Positions 38,455-47,558 of a stretch of 64,000 nucleotides of DNA are shown here, in pieces. How positions within the stretch are numbered: position 1 is the stretch's first letter; the number at the start of each line of letters is the position of its first letter. The position numbers and the translations under genes are program-made. Below the pieces are notes generated by a model, which saw only the letters and a list, made by a program, of their open reading frames with translations, was not told where the DNA came from and searched no databases. This DNA is from Flavobacteriales bacterium (lineage in GTDB: Bacteria > Bacteroidota > Bacteroidia > Flavobacteriales_D > Crocinitomicaceae). Location of the stretch: positions 4,442 through 68,441 of the forward strand of contig CANJKA010000004.1 in NCBI GenBank assembly GCA_947474675.1. Direction: 5' to 3'.

Positions 38455-39345
38455 TTATTTTTTTTTATGCCCACGAGGATGGGCTTGTGAATAAATATTA
38501 GTTAATTGTTTGAACGAGTTGTGTGTATACACTTGTGTCGCTGACAAATTTGCATGACCCAATAAATCTTTTAATGTTTCCAGACCGGCACCATTATTTA
38601 ACATATGAGTAGCAAAGGTATGACGCAAGACATGTGGACTACATTTATCTAAATTCGTTACAAGACCAAGGTAGGAATTAATTATTCTATAAACAAGTTT
38701 TGAGTAAACTTTATTCCCACTTTTTAAAAGAAAAAGAAATTCATTTTCTAAATCATTTAATTTCAATAGTTTTCGATATTCTTCAATTAACAAAAAGAGT
38801 GATGAAGATATAGGTATGAGTCTTTCTTTATTTCTTTTACCTATAACTTTAATTCGATCGTGCTCAATATCTGATTTTTTTAAATTAATTAATTCACTCA
38901 ATCGAATTCCTGTTTGATAAAACATTTCGATCATTAATCTATCTCTAACACCTTCAAAGTTATCATCAAACATCTCTTCTAATTTATCATTTGATAAATC
39001 TGAAGTTCTAGCGAAACTCGGTAATCTTTTTTCAGTTTTTGGTCCTTGAATTTTTTGAATCGGATTTAGTTGAATTATTTCTTCACGCTTTAACCACTTA
39101 AAAAATGATCGTAAAGAAGACATTTTCCTGTTAACAGATCTATTAGAATATGAATTATCAATTAAATCAACCATCCAACCTCTTATAACTAAAGATGAAA
39201 CTTCAATTAAATCTTCTTTTTTTGTTATTAATGAAAAATTCAGAAATTGTTCAATATCTACTTGGTAAGCCAAACAGGTATGTTCAGAATATCTTTTCTC
39301 TTTTTGGAGATATGATAAAAAATTTTGCACAAAAAAAGGAGCCAT
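38455..39345 (-). CDS. Tyrosine recombinase (XerC/XerD-like)
   Basis: 296 aa. N-terminal SAM-like domain FLSYLQKEKRYSEHTCLAYQVDIEQF. Catalytic region HVLRHTFATHML..G..L..L..LLGH..L..TQVYTH. Confidence 0.9.
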   Translation of the reverse strand: MAPFFVQNFLSYLQKEKRYSEHTCLAYQVDIEQFLNFSLITKKEDLIEVSSLVIRGWMVDLIDNSYSNRSVNRKMSSLRSFFKWLKREEIIQLNPIQKIQGPKTEKRLPSFARTSDLSNDKLEEMFDDNFEGVRDRLMIEMFYQTGIRLSELINLKKSDIEHDRIKVIGKRNKERLIPISSSLFLLIEEYRKLLKLNDLENEFLFLLKSGNKVYSKLVYRIINSYLGLVTNLDKCSPHVLRHTFATHMLNNGAGLETLKDLLGHANLSATQVYTHNSFKQLTNIYSQAHPRGHKKK

Positions 39346-39355
39346 AGGCTCCTTT
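39331..39355 (-). terminator. Rho-independent terminator after rpsU, overlapping the recombinase start codon
   Basis: Minus-strand AAAGGAGCC-UAU-GGCUCCUUU-UUUU. The AUG at 39345 spans the loop/stem junction. Confidence 0.65.
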
Positions 39356-39385
39356 ACGTATCATCTTAAAATAAGTTTCTAAAAC

Positions 39386-39577
39386 TTATTGTCCAACAGA
39401 CATTATTTTTTCGCGATAAACTGCACGGATATTATCTTGACGCTTAACAACTGAAGGCTTTGTGAATTCTTTACGTCTTCTCAATTCTTTCATCGCTTTA
39501 GTTTTATCAAATTTCTTTTTGAATTTCTTAAGAGCTCTCTCGATGTTTTCCCCTTCTTTTACCGGAATAATTAACAT
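39386..39577 (-). CDS. rpsU: 30S ribosomal protein S21
   Basis: 63-aa basic protein with IERALKKFKKK and KE.RRRKEF.KPS motifs. Confidence 0.95.
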   Translation of the reverse strand: MLIIPVKEGENIERALKKFKKKFDKTKAMKELRRRKEFTKPSVVKRQDNIRAVYREKIMSVGQ

Positions 39578-39618
39578 ATTGTTTATTTATTAAATTTTGT
39601 ATTTTCAACTTTGGACTG

Positions 39619-39647
39619 CAAAGATATGTATTTTTTTTTATTTACAA
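39619..39647 (-). promoter_or_regulatory. Bacteroidota-type promoter for rpsU
   Basis: Minus strand carries TTG, an 18-nt spacer, then TATCTTTG. The box ends 41 nt upstream of the rpsU ATG. Confidence 0.55.
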
Positions 39648-39650
39648 GAG

Positions 39651-40790
39651 TTATTTTAAAATTTCTCTAGAAATAACTAATTTTTGTATCTCTGACGTAC
39701 CTTCACCTATCGTACAAAGCTTTGCATCTCTGTAAAATTTTTCTACTGGAAAGTCTTTTGTGTATCCATATCCTCCAAAGATTTGAACCGCTTCATTAGC
39801 CACTTCTACTGCTATTTCAGAAGCATATAGTTTCGCCATTGCTGATTCTCTTGTAAGATTTCTTCCTTCATTTTTCAAGAATGCTGATTGATTTAATAAT
39901 AATTCAGCAGCTTCAATTTTTGTTGCCATATCTGCTAATTTAAATCCAATTGCTTGAAATTGTGAGATAGGTTTACCAAATTGAACTCTTTCTTTCGAAT
40001 ATTTTAATGCTGCTTCATATGCTCCTTTTGCAATCCCTAGGGCTAAAGATCCTATTGAAATACGCCCACCATCCAAAACTTTCATTGATTGAATAAATCC
40101 TTCACCTTCTTTTCCAATTAAATTTTCTAATGGAACTCTACAGTTATCAAAAATTAATTCAGCTGTTTCAGAAGCACGCATCCCCATTTTATTTTCTTTT
40201 TTTCCTGAAGAAAAACCTGGTGTACCTTTTTCTATAATGAAAGCTGACATTCCATGAGAATCTCCTTTTTCACCTGTTCTAACAATAACAACAGCAACAT
40301 CTCCTGTAATAGCATGCGTAATAAAATTCTTAGACCCATTAATTACCCAATGATCTCCGTCTCTTACAGCTGTAGTATTCATTCCTCCTGCATCTGATCC
40401 TGTACCTGTTTCTGTTAAGCCCCAAGCGCCTATCCATTCAGCAGTTGCTAACTTTGGTAAATATTTTTTCTTTTGTTCTTCACTTCCATGGTAATAAATA
40501 TGACCCGTACAAAGAGAGTTATGAGCTGCAACAGAAAGTCCAATTGAACCACAAACTTTTGCGATTTCAGAAACAACAGTTACATATTCTAAATATCCGA
40601 ATCCAGATCCACCATATTGTTCAGGAATAAACACTCCCATTAACCCTAATTCTCCTAATTTTTTGAAGACATGTACAGGGAATTCTTGAGACTCATCCCA
40701 ATCCATTAAATATGGACGGATTTCTTTTTCTGCAAAATCACGCACCATTTGCGCAATCATAATCTGATTTTCGTTTTGATCAAAGTTCAT
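39651..40790 (-). CDS. Acyl-CoA dehydrogenase (short/medium-chain type)
   Basis: 379 aa with GAWGLTE.GTGSDA and [12 protein letters not shown]...RDAK...I.EGTSEIQ motifs. Confidence 0.92.
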   Translation of the reverse strand: MNFDQNENQIMIAQMVRDFAEKEIRPYLMDWDESQEFPVHVFKKLGELGLMGVFIPEQYGGSGFGYLEYVTVVSEIAKVCGSIGLSVAAHNSLCTGHIYYHGSEEQKKKYLPKLATAEWIGAWGLTETGTGSDAGGMNTTAVRDGDHWVINGSKNFITHAITGDVAVVIVRTGEKGDSHGMSAFIIEKGTPGFSSGKKENKMGMRASETAELIFDNCRVPLENLIGKEGEGFIQSMKVLDGGRISIGSLALGIAKGAYEAALKYSKERVQFGKPISQFQAIGFKLADMATKIEAAELLLNQSAFLKNEGRNLTRESAMAKLYASEIAVEVANEAVQIFGGYGYTKDFPVEKFYRDAKLCTIGEGTSEIQKLVISREILK

Positions 40791-40819
40791 TTTACTCAGT
40801 TTTGGGGTATTTGTATTTT

Positions 40820-41350
40820 TTAATAATTCACAAAATTAGTAATTTTGTTTGAGAATGGTGTTAATTTATTTTTTCCTTCTAAAAAATCTAATGATACTAA
40901 AAAATTAAACCCTACAATTTCAGCTCCACATTTTTTTATTAAATGAGCTGCTGCTTCGGCTGATCCTCCTGTAGCAAGTAAATCATCATGGATTAAAACT
41001 CTCTGTCCTTTTGAAACTGCGTCTGTATGCATTTCAATTGTTGCACTTCCATACTCTAAATCATAAGAATGGCTGATTTTGCTATATGGTAATTTGCCCA
41101 TTTTACGAATTAATATAAAAGGAACTCCCAATTTAATAGCTAAAGGATACCCAAATAAAAAACCTCGACTTTCAATACCAGCAATCGCATCTATTTTTTC
41201 ATCTTTATACATATCATATAAAGCATCAATCATATCGCTTGATAAAATTGGATCTTGCATAATTGGTGTAATATCCTTAAACATTATTCCCTCTTTTGGG
41301 AAATTAGCCACATCTCTAATAGCGCTTTTTATTCTATCTTCTAATAACAT
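40820..41350 (-). CDS. apt: Adenine phosphoribosyltransferase
   Basis: 176 aa with FKDITP and the PRPP motif [14 protein letters not shown]. Confidence 0.93.
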   Translation of the reverse strand: MLLEDRIKSAIRDVANFPKEGIMFKDITPIMQDPILSSDMIDALYDMYKDEKIDAIAGIESRGFLFGYPLAIKLGVPFILIRKMGKLPYSKISHSYDLEYGSATIEMHTDAVSKGQRVLIHDDLLATGGSAEAAAHLIKKCGAEIVGFNFLVSLDFLEGKNKLTPFSNKITNFVNY

Positions 41351-41384
41351 ATTTGTGTTTTACTAATAATTTTTGAGACTTGAA

Positions 41385-42266
41385 TTACAAAGATAAATAA
41401 GGTTTTAGTTTTTTAAACAATTCTTCATCTATCAATACTGATTCTTTTATATCGTTAATGTTTGTGAATCCGTTTTTTTGCACTCTCATTTTAATAATTG
41501 AATTTGCAATATTCCATCGAATATATGGATGAACTTTCAATTCTTCAATTGTTATACTATTTAAAGATATTTTATTTATCAATTCAGGATTTATTTCAAC
41601 TTGTCCCAGCAATAAATCATACTTTTCTTGATCCATTTTCCAAACTTCTAGCAACTGTTCTTTTGAAGAAAATCCTCTTAGTTCATTTCTTTTTTTAATA
41701 ATTTGCTTGGCGAAAAAAGATCCTATCCCTTTCAGATTAATTAAATCTTCTTCATTGGCCGAATTTAATTCAAGCAATTCAATTTTTACAGGACCAACAA
41801 AGTAATTTTTTTCGTTTGTCAATTGACCATTTTCTTTAATAGGATAAATTGTTGAATCTTTTATTAAAAAATACAATTCATCTGATATGACAAATATTTT
41901 CTTTAAATCTTCATTCGAATATATTTTCCTCTTTGTGAATTTAAGGACTACTGAGGCTTGTTTTTCTGACAATCCTAAACTCATCCAGTTCTCTTTTGTA
42001 TATAAATTAGGGTCAAATTTATGATTTGGTTTTGAAAATTTTGATTTATTATTCTTGTAATCTGATTTTGAATACTCAAATTTAGTATACCTTTTATGCT
42101 CAGACTCCCATTTTTTAGATGGGAAAGACTCAATCGAAATCTCTTCTTTTGGTTGACAATAAAAATACAACCTTGGGAAATATATAAATAAAAATGTGAT
42201 TAAACTTAATACAATTATCCCTCTTCTATTACTTTTAGACAACTGAAAATCAATATTACGTTTCAT
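41385..42266 (-). CDS. ComEA-like helix-hairpin-helix DNA-binding membrane-anchored protein
   Basis: 293 aa with an N-terminal TM segment and two HhH units (LNSANEEDLINLKGIGSFFAKQII and LNSITIEELKVHPYI...ANSII). Confidence 0.75.
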   Translation of the reverse strand: MKRNIDFQLSKSNRRGIIVLSLITFLFIYFPRLYFYCQPKEEISIESFPSKKWESEHKRYTKFEYSKSDYKNNKSKFSKPNHKFDPNLYTKENWMSLGLSEKQASVVLKFTKRKIYSNEDLKKIFVISDELYFLIKDSTIYPIKENGQLTNEKNYFVGPVKIELLELNSANEEDLINLKGIGSFFAKQIIKKRNELRGFSSKEQLLEVWKMDQEKYDLLLGQVEINPELINKISLNSITIEELKVHPYIRWNIANSIIKMRVQKNGFTNINDIKESVLIDEELFKKLKPYLSL

Positions 42267-42276
42267 GAAAAAAGAT

Positions 42277-43752
42277 TTAAATAATTTCTTTATTTATTTG
42301 TTCATCCGAAATATCTTTCTTTTTAGTTAAGTAATAAATCGGAATACCTAAAGCAATCAACAACAAACTTCCTCCAGTATTTTTTGTGTCATAAATTAAT
42401 AAATCAACACAAATTAATAGCGTTATTATTATATATATAACAGGGATATATGGGTAACCAAATGCTTTGTATGGGCGTGGAGTATTAGGTTCTTTTTTTC
42501 TTAAAATAAACAATCCTCCGATAGTTAAAATGTAAAACAACAAAGAAGCAAACGTTGAAAAAACTAATAAGTCACTGTATTTACCAGAAAGACAAAGGAA
42601 AGAAGCCCAAACACATTGAATCCATAAAGCAACGCCTGGAACTTCATTTATATTTAAGTTTCCTGCTTTTTTGAAAAACAAACCATCTTTTGACATCGCA
42701 TAAAACAACCGAGATCCTGATAAAATCAGTCCATTATTACATCCAAAAGTCGAAATCATAATCAATAAGGCCATAATAGAAACACCTATGTTTCCAAATA
42801 TAACGGATGCCGCAGCTGCTCCTACTCGATCTTCACTCGCGAATTTAATTCCTTTTCCAATAGCATCAGTAGCCATTGAATCTCCATTTACAGGAAGTAA
42901 TGCTAAATAAGCGATATTGGCTAATATATAAATAATAGTTACGATTAAAGTTCCTAAAAATAAACTTCTAGGTATATTCTTTTTCGGATCTTTAATTTCA
43001 CCAGAAATGAATGTTACATTATTCCATGCATCAGAAGAAAATAATGAATTAATGATAGTTGCTCCCATTGCTCCTAACAAGGCAAAACCAGATATTGGAA
43101 TTATTGAAATAGAACCATCTTCAGAGATAACAGTCCGACTAGCTTCCCACATATTCGTGAAATTCTGACTAATAGTATCTGTTTTTAAACCAATTGCTAA
43201 TCCTAATACAATCAATGCAAATAATGCAAATAATTTAGCTGAAGTAAAAACTAATTGAATAATTCTCCCTTTTTGAACCCCTCTTGTATTAATATATGTC
43301 AAGAAAACAATACTGAAAATTGAAACTAATTGAGCGTAAGTGATATTTAAATTCGTTCCAACAGAATAAAATACATTATTTAATTCGGGAAAAAAAACGG
43401 CTGAATATTTAGAAAAAGCAACAGCTACTGCTGCAATAACACCTGTTTGAATAACAGTAAATACAGTCCAACCATATAAAAATGAAATCATCCTCCCATA
43501 AGCCCGTTGAATATAAACATATTGGCCACCGGCATTTGGCATCATCCCTGCTAACTCTCCATAACTCAAAGCTGCAAATATTGTAATCAATCCAGTCAAC
43601 AGCCATAAAACCAACATCCATCCAACTGAACCAATATCTCTCATCATGATAGCTGTGACAATAAATATTCCAGAACCTATCATAGATCCTGCAACAATAC
43701 TTGTTGCGTCAAACAAACCTAGAGTTCGTTTTAATTCTTTGTTTTCAGACAT
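42277..43752 (-). CDS. APC-superfamily amino acid permease
   Basis: 491 aa with about 12 TM segments and N-terminal GLFDATSIVAGSMIGSGIF. Confidence 0.88.
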   Translation of the reverse strand: MSENKELKRTLGLFDATSIVAGSMIGSGIFIVTAIMMRDIGSVGWMLVLWLLTGLITIFAALSYGELAGMMPNAGGQYVYIQRAYGRMISFLYGWTVFTVIQTGVIAAVAVAFSKYSAVFFPELNNVFYSVGTNLNITYAQLVSIFSIVFLTYINTRGVQKGRIIQLVFTSAKLFALFALIVLGLAIGLKTDTISQNFTNMWEASRTVISEDGSISIIPISGFALLGAMGATIINSLFSSDAWNNVTFISGEIKDPKKNIPRSLFLGTLIVTIIYILANIAYLALLPVNGDSMATDAIGKGIKFASEDRVGAAAASVIFGNIGVSIMALLIMISTFGCNNGLILSGSRLFYAMSKDGLFFKKAGNLNINEVPGVALWIQCVWASFLCLSGKYSDLLVFSTFASLLFYILTIGGLFILRKKEPNTPRPYKAFGYPYIPVIYIIITLLICVDLLIYDTKNTGGSLLLIALGIPIYYLTKKKDISDEQINKEII

Positions 43753-43773
43753 TTAATTAAAAATTTTAAGAGT

Positions 43774-43817
43774 AAAAAAATAAAGGGATAGAATTATAAA
43801 TTATAAACTATCCCTTT
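43774..43817 (-). terminator. Terminator between the two amino acid permease genes
   Basis: Minus-strand AAAGGGAUAG...CUAUCCCUUU (10-bp stem, 16-nt loop) followed by AUUUUUUU. Confidence 0.55.
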
Positions 43818-43838
43818 TAGATTAATGAAAATATAAAA

Positions 43839-45344
43839 TTAATTATTTTCTGAATTTAATTTTTTAAGAGCTTCTTGCTCATCTTCCCAATCATTCAATT
43901 TACTGTTTCTTCTTGAATATAAAAAGTAAACTAAAATTCCAATTGAAGACCAAATTAAAAAAGCAATCCAAGTTTCCTTACGAACAAAAATCATTAAAAA
44001 GACATTAAAACAAACTCCTAAGATAGAAATAACAGGCAAAAAAGGAACCTTAAAAGGTCTCACCAAATCAGGTTGTTTGTATCTTAAAACTAGAACAGCT
44101 AATGCTATCATAGCGAATGCTAATAAAGTTCCCATTGAACACATTTCTGAAACCTTATCAATTGGTGTCAAAGAAGCTACAATTGATATAATTAATCCTA
44201 CTAATATAGTACTTCTATAAGGAGTTTTATATGTTTCATGTATTTTTCCGAAAAGATTATACGGCAATAAACCATCTTTAGCCATTCCTAAAAAAACACG
44301 AGTTTGACCTAACATCATCACCAACATAACTGAAATCAATCCTGCAATTGCTGCAATCGTTATTAATACAGTGGCCCAAGGAAGATTAACGGCTTCAAAA
44401 GCTGAAGCAACCGGAGCTTTAATATCCAAATGATCGTATCTAACCATACCTGTTAAAACTAAAGAAACAAGAATATATAAAACAGTACAAATAATCAAAG
44501 ACATGATAATGGCAAAAGGAATATCTTTTTTAGGATTTATAGCCTCCCCTGCTTGCGTAGAAACGGCGTCAAAACCGATATACGCAAAAAACACAATTGA
44601 AGCTGCGGTTATTACTCCACTCCAACCATAATGAGAAGTCCCATCAGGATCAATAATTTGTTTAGGGATAAATGGGTGATAATTATTAGTATCGATATAA
44701 AAGAATCCAACAATGATAACAAATAAAACAACTGCTATTTTTACAATAACGATTATGTTATTTGCTTTAGCTGCGTGTTTAATTCCTTTAACTAAAATTG
44801 AAGTCACAATCCAAGTGATCAAAAAAGCTGGTAAATTAAAAGAAATACTCGGAGCAATTTCACCAATTTGTGCATATTTTGCTGCTGAAGTAACTGGATC
44901 ATTCATTATCCAAATTGGGGGGTCAATACTCATTTGATGGAGAAGCTTTTCAAAATAACCACTCCAAGCAACCGCTACTGTAGTTGCCCCCATCATATAT
45001 TCGAGAATCAAATTCCATCCAATTATCCAGGCAAATATCTCGCCCATTGTTCCGTAAGAATAAGCATATGCTGATCCTTCTACTGGTAAAACAGAAGAAA
45101 ATTCAGCGTAACAAAGAGCTGCAAATAGACAACCTAAACCAGCAATAACAAATGCTAAAGCTAAAGCAGGTCCAGCATTATTATGAGCCGCAACACCCGT
45201 TAAAGTAAAAATTCCTCCACCAATTATTGCACCTATTCCTAATGATGTTAATCCCCAACGTCCTAAAACTCGGTTTAACTCACTTTTTTTCATCTCAGCT
45301 TCAAACAAACTGATTGGTTTTTTACGCCATGGACTTCTTGCCAT
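43839..45344 (-). CDS. APC-superfamily amino acid permease (cationic amino acid transporter-like)
   Basis: 501 aa, polytopic, with L.R.LG...L...GIGAIIG.GIF and a CYAEF..VLP..GSAY..SY motif. Confidence 0.88.
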   Translation of the reverse strand: MARSPWRKKPISLFEAEMKKSELNRVLGRWGLTSLGIGAIIGGGIFTLTGVAAHNNAGPALALAFVIAGLGCLFAALCYAEFSSVLPVEGSAYAYSYGTMGEIFAWIIGWNLILEYMMGATTVAVAWSGYFEKLLHQMSIDPPIWIMNDPVTSAAKYAQIGEIAPSISFNLPAFLITWIVTSILVKGIKHAAKANNIIVIVKIAVVLFVIIVGFFYIDTNNYHPFIPKQIIDPDGTSHYGWSGVITAASIVFFAYIGFDAVSTQAGEAINPKKDIPFAIIMSLIICTVLYILVSLVLTGMVRYDHLDIKAPVASAFEAVNLPWATVLITIAAIAGLISVMLVMMLGQTRVFLGMAKDGLLPYNLFGKIHETYKTPYRSTILVGLIISIVASLTPIDKVSEMCSMGTLLAFAMIALAVLVLRYKQPDLVRPFKVPFLPVISILGVCFNVFLMIFVRKETWIAFLIWSSIGILVYFLYSRRNSKLNDWEDEQEALKKLNSENN

Positions 45345-45401
45345 TTTTATAGATTTTAAAAATTAAAAGGTAAAGATAAAATTTTTATCGAATATGATAA
45401 C

Positions 45402-46289
45402 TTATTTTATAAGTCGCTCTAAAGCTTTCTCTAATGGTAATGATTTATACCCTAATTTATTTAAAGACTTTTTTATGTCAAAACCAGTTTTTAATGGTCT
45501 AGTTGCTTTCTCTTTTAAATCAAATGAATGAATTGGTAAAATGTTTGTTGTAGACAATTCAAAATAATCTGCAACCCTATAAACTAAATCAATTACGGAA
45601 ATAATTTCTGGGCCAGAAAGGTGAAATGTCCCTTTTTCTTCTTTTTGAAGAATTTCAACACATCCCCAAGCTAAATCTTCAACATAGGTAGGAGAACGAA
45701 ATTGATCATCTACAACATTTATCTTTTTTTCTGATTTTAACGAATCTAATGCCCACAATACAATGTTTGAACGAGAAAGATTATATCCTTCACCATAAAC
45801 AAGAGATGTTCGAACTATTGACCAATTATCAAAATCTCCATTGATCAATAATAATTCTCCTTCTACTTTAGATTTTCCATAATGACTTAAAGGATTCACC
45901 TCATCCTCTTCAGAATAATCCCCTTTAAATCCATCAAAAACAAAATCTGTCGATAAAAATTGAAAATGAGTTTTATATTGATTCGATAATTTTATTAAAA
46001 AACGTGTTGACTCAATGTTAATCAAATCACATTCTTCTTTGTTTATTTCACAATAATCAACATTTGTAATTGCTGCAGTATGAATAACATGTGTCGGATA
46101 ATAAAATTGAAAAACCTGATTTAATTCAAGTACGTTTGAAACATCAAGTTCTAAATAATTGAGTGTTGGACATTCTGGATTTCTGTTACCCCCTTTTGAA
46201 GTTGCAATGAAATTTAATCCATTTTTTAAACATTGTTTAACCAGCTTTTGTCCTAGAAGTCCATTTGAACCTGTTATTAATATCCTCAT
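45402..46289 (-). CDS. RmlD-type SDR (dTDP-4-dehydrorhamnose reductase-like)
   Basis: 295 aa with ILITGSNGLLG, HTAA.TNVD.CE and the catalytic YGKSK motif. Confidence 0.75.
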   Translation of the reverse strand: MRILITGSNGLLGQKLVKQCLKNGLNFIATSKGGNRNPECPTLNYLELDVSNVLELNQVFQFYYPTHVIHTAAITNVDYCEINKEECDLINIESTRFLIKLSNQYKTHFQFLSTDFVFDGFKGDYSEEDEVNPLSHYGKSKVEGELLLINGDFDNWSIVRTSLVYGEGYNLSRSNIVLWALDSLKSEKKINVVDDQFRSPTYVEDLAWGCVEILQKEEKGTFHLSGPEIISVIDLVYRVADYFELSTTNILPIHSFDLKEKATRPLKTGFDIKKSLNKLGYKSLPLEKALERLIK

Positions 46290-46293
46290 TTAA

Positions 46294-47313
46294 TTAATGT
46301 GAAATACCAAATAATTGATTCAATTTTAAAATTTGAGCTGGATTTCCTAATACAAACAATTTAGATTGAGGAACAACTTCCGTTTCATAATCAGGATTTA
46401 TTAAATATTCACCATCAGGGGTTTTAAATCCAATAATCGTAACACCTGTTAATCTTTTTGCTTCCAATTGACCAATAGTTTTATTCTTAAATTGATCTGG
46501 TAATTCATTAAAAGAAATTGATTCTATGTTTGCTCCATTATACCCTTGAACTCTGATAATATCTAAAAACTCCATTACATCAGGGTTTGAAATTAGAGAA
46601 GCCATATGAGACCCTCCAATTGCATCAGGCATGATTACATTTTGAGCTCCAGCAATTTTTAATTTACTAACTGTAGACTGATTTGAAGCTCTTGAAACGA
46701 TGAATAAATTCTTTTTTAATTCTCTTGCAGATAACACAACATACAGATTATCAGAATCTTTTGGAAGGCAACAAATCAATGCTTTTGCAGAAAGAACCCC
46801 TGATTTCACTAAATTTTCATCCAATGTTGAATCCCCTTTTAAAAATAAGTAACCACTTATATTTTCATGATCCTTAATAATTTCTTCATTGCTTTCTATA
46901 ACAACAAACTTTGTACCATGAGCTTTTAAATCCTCAGCTACTTGAATACCGACACGTCCAAATCCACAAATAATAACGTGATTATGTAATTTATCAAATT
47001 CTTTCATCTTTCTTTTTTCATTTATGTAATTGCGGTATTCGCCACCTGCAAGAAAATTTGTTATTGATTTAATGGCGTATGCAAATGTACCAAAACTGGA
47101 TATTATTAATAATGATGTAAATAATTTACCATAATCAGACAATTGATGTACTTCTCCATATCCAACTGTTGAAATAGTGATAATTGTCATGAATAATGCA
47201 TCAACGACTCCCCAACCTTCAATAAAAATAAAACCTAAAGTTCCTGAAATGATTACAAATAAAAGTAACCCTACGAAAAAAAATACATTCTTAAATAATC
47301 GAGATTTAATCAT
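46294..47313 (-). CDS. Two-TM potassium channel with cytoplasmic RCK (TrkA-N/C) domain
   Basis: Selectivity filter TVGYGE, followed by the Rossmann motif ICGFGRVG and a TrkA-C-like end. Confidence 0.9.
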   Translation of the reverse strand: MIKSRLFKNVFFFVGLLLFVIISGTLGFIFIEGWGVVDALFMTIITISTVGYGEVHQLSDYGKLFTSLLIISSFGTFAYAIKSITNFLAGGEYRNYINEKRKMKEFDKLHNHVIICGFGRVGIQVAEDLKAHGTKFVVIESNEEIIKDHENISGYLFLKGDSTLDENLVKSGVLSAKALICCLPKDSDNLYVVLSARELKKNLFIVSRASNQSTVSKLKIAGAQNVIMPDAIGGSHMASLISNPDVMEFLDIIRVQGYNGANIESISFNELPDQFKNKTIGQLEAKRLTGVTIIGFKTPDGEYLINPDYETEVVPQSKLFVLGNPAQILKLNQLFGISH

Positions 47314-47321
47314 AATTTATT

Positions 47322-47558
47322 TTATAATTCCCAAATTGATTTTCTTCGTTTTCTTTGAAATTTAAAATAATGTTTATGCTCTAATATCCAAGCCATCCCA
47401 AAATAAATAAACAACGGAGAACCTAAAGCTATAAACGAACCGTATATAAATCCTATTCTAACTTTAGATGTGCTTATCCCTAATTTACGAGCCCACCATT
47501 CACAAACACCATACGACCGCATCTCAAAGAAAAACAATATTTTTTGAATTGATCTCAT
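47322..47558 (-). CDS. PspC-domain membrane protein
   Basis: 78 aa with GVCEWWARKLGISTSKVRIGFI followed by a TM segment. 4-nt overlap with the upstream gene. Confidence 0.7.
   Translation of the reverse strand: MRSIQKILFFFEMRSYGVCEWWARKLGISTSKVRIGFIYGSFIALGSPLFIYFGMAWILEHKHYFKFQRKRRKSIWEL

Noticed and set aside
39337-39342. AAGGAG upstream of the recombinase ATG as a functional Shine-Dalgarno site
   Set aside because: Spacing to the ATG is only 3 nt, the lineage appears not to use SD pairing, and the sequence is explained as the 5' arm of the terminator stem. It is mentioned only as a detail of that finding.
37634-39345. Integrase next to a tRNA cluster as the edge of an integrated mobile element or prophage
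   Set aside because: The recombinase is flanked by rpsU and hpf. No direct repeat of a tRNA 3' end, excisionase, phage or conjugation gene is present, and the arrangement looks like conserved housekeeping synteny. It is kept only as a context finding.
42277-45344. Tandem amino acid permease genes as a recent duplication
   Set aside because: The two proteins share only family-level similarity, belong to different APC subfamilies, and are separated by a terminator. They are not near-identical copies.
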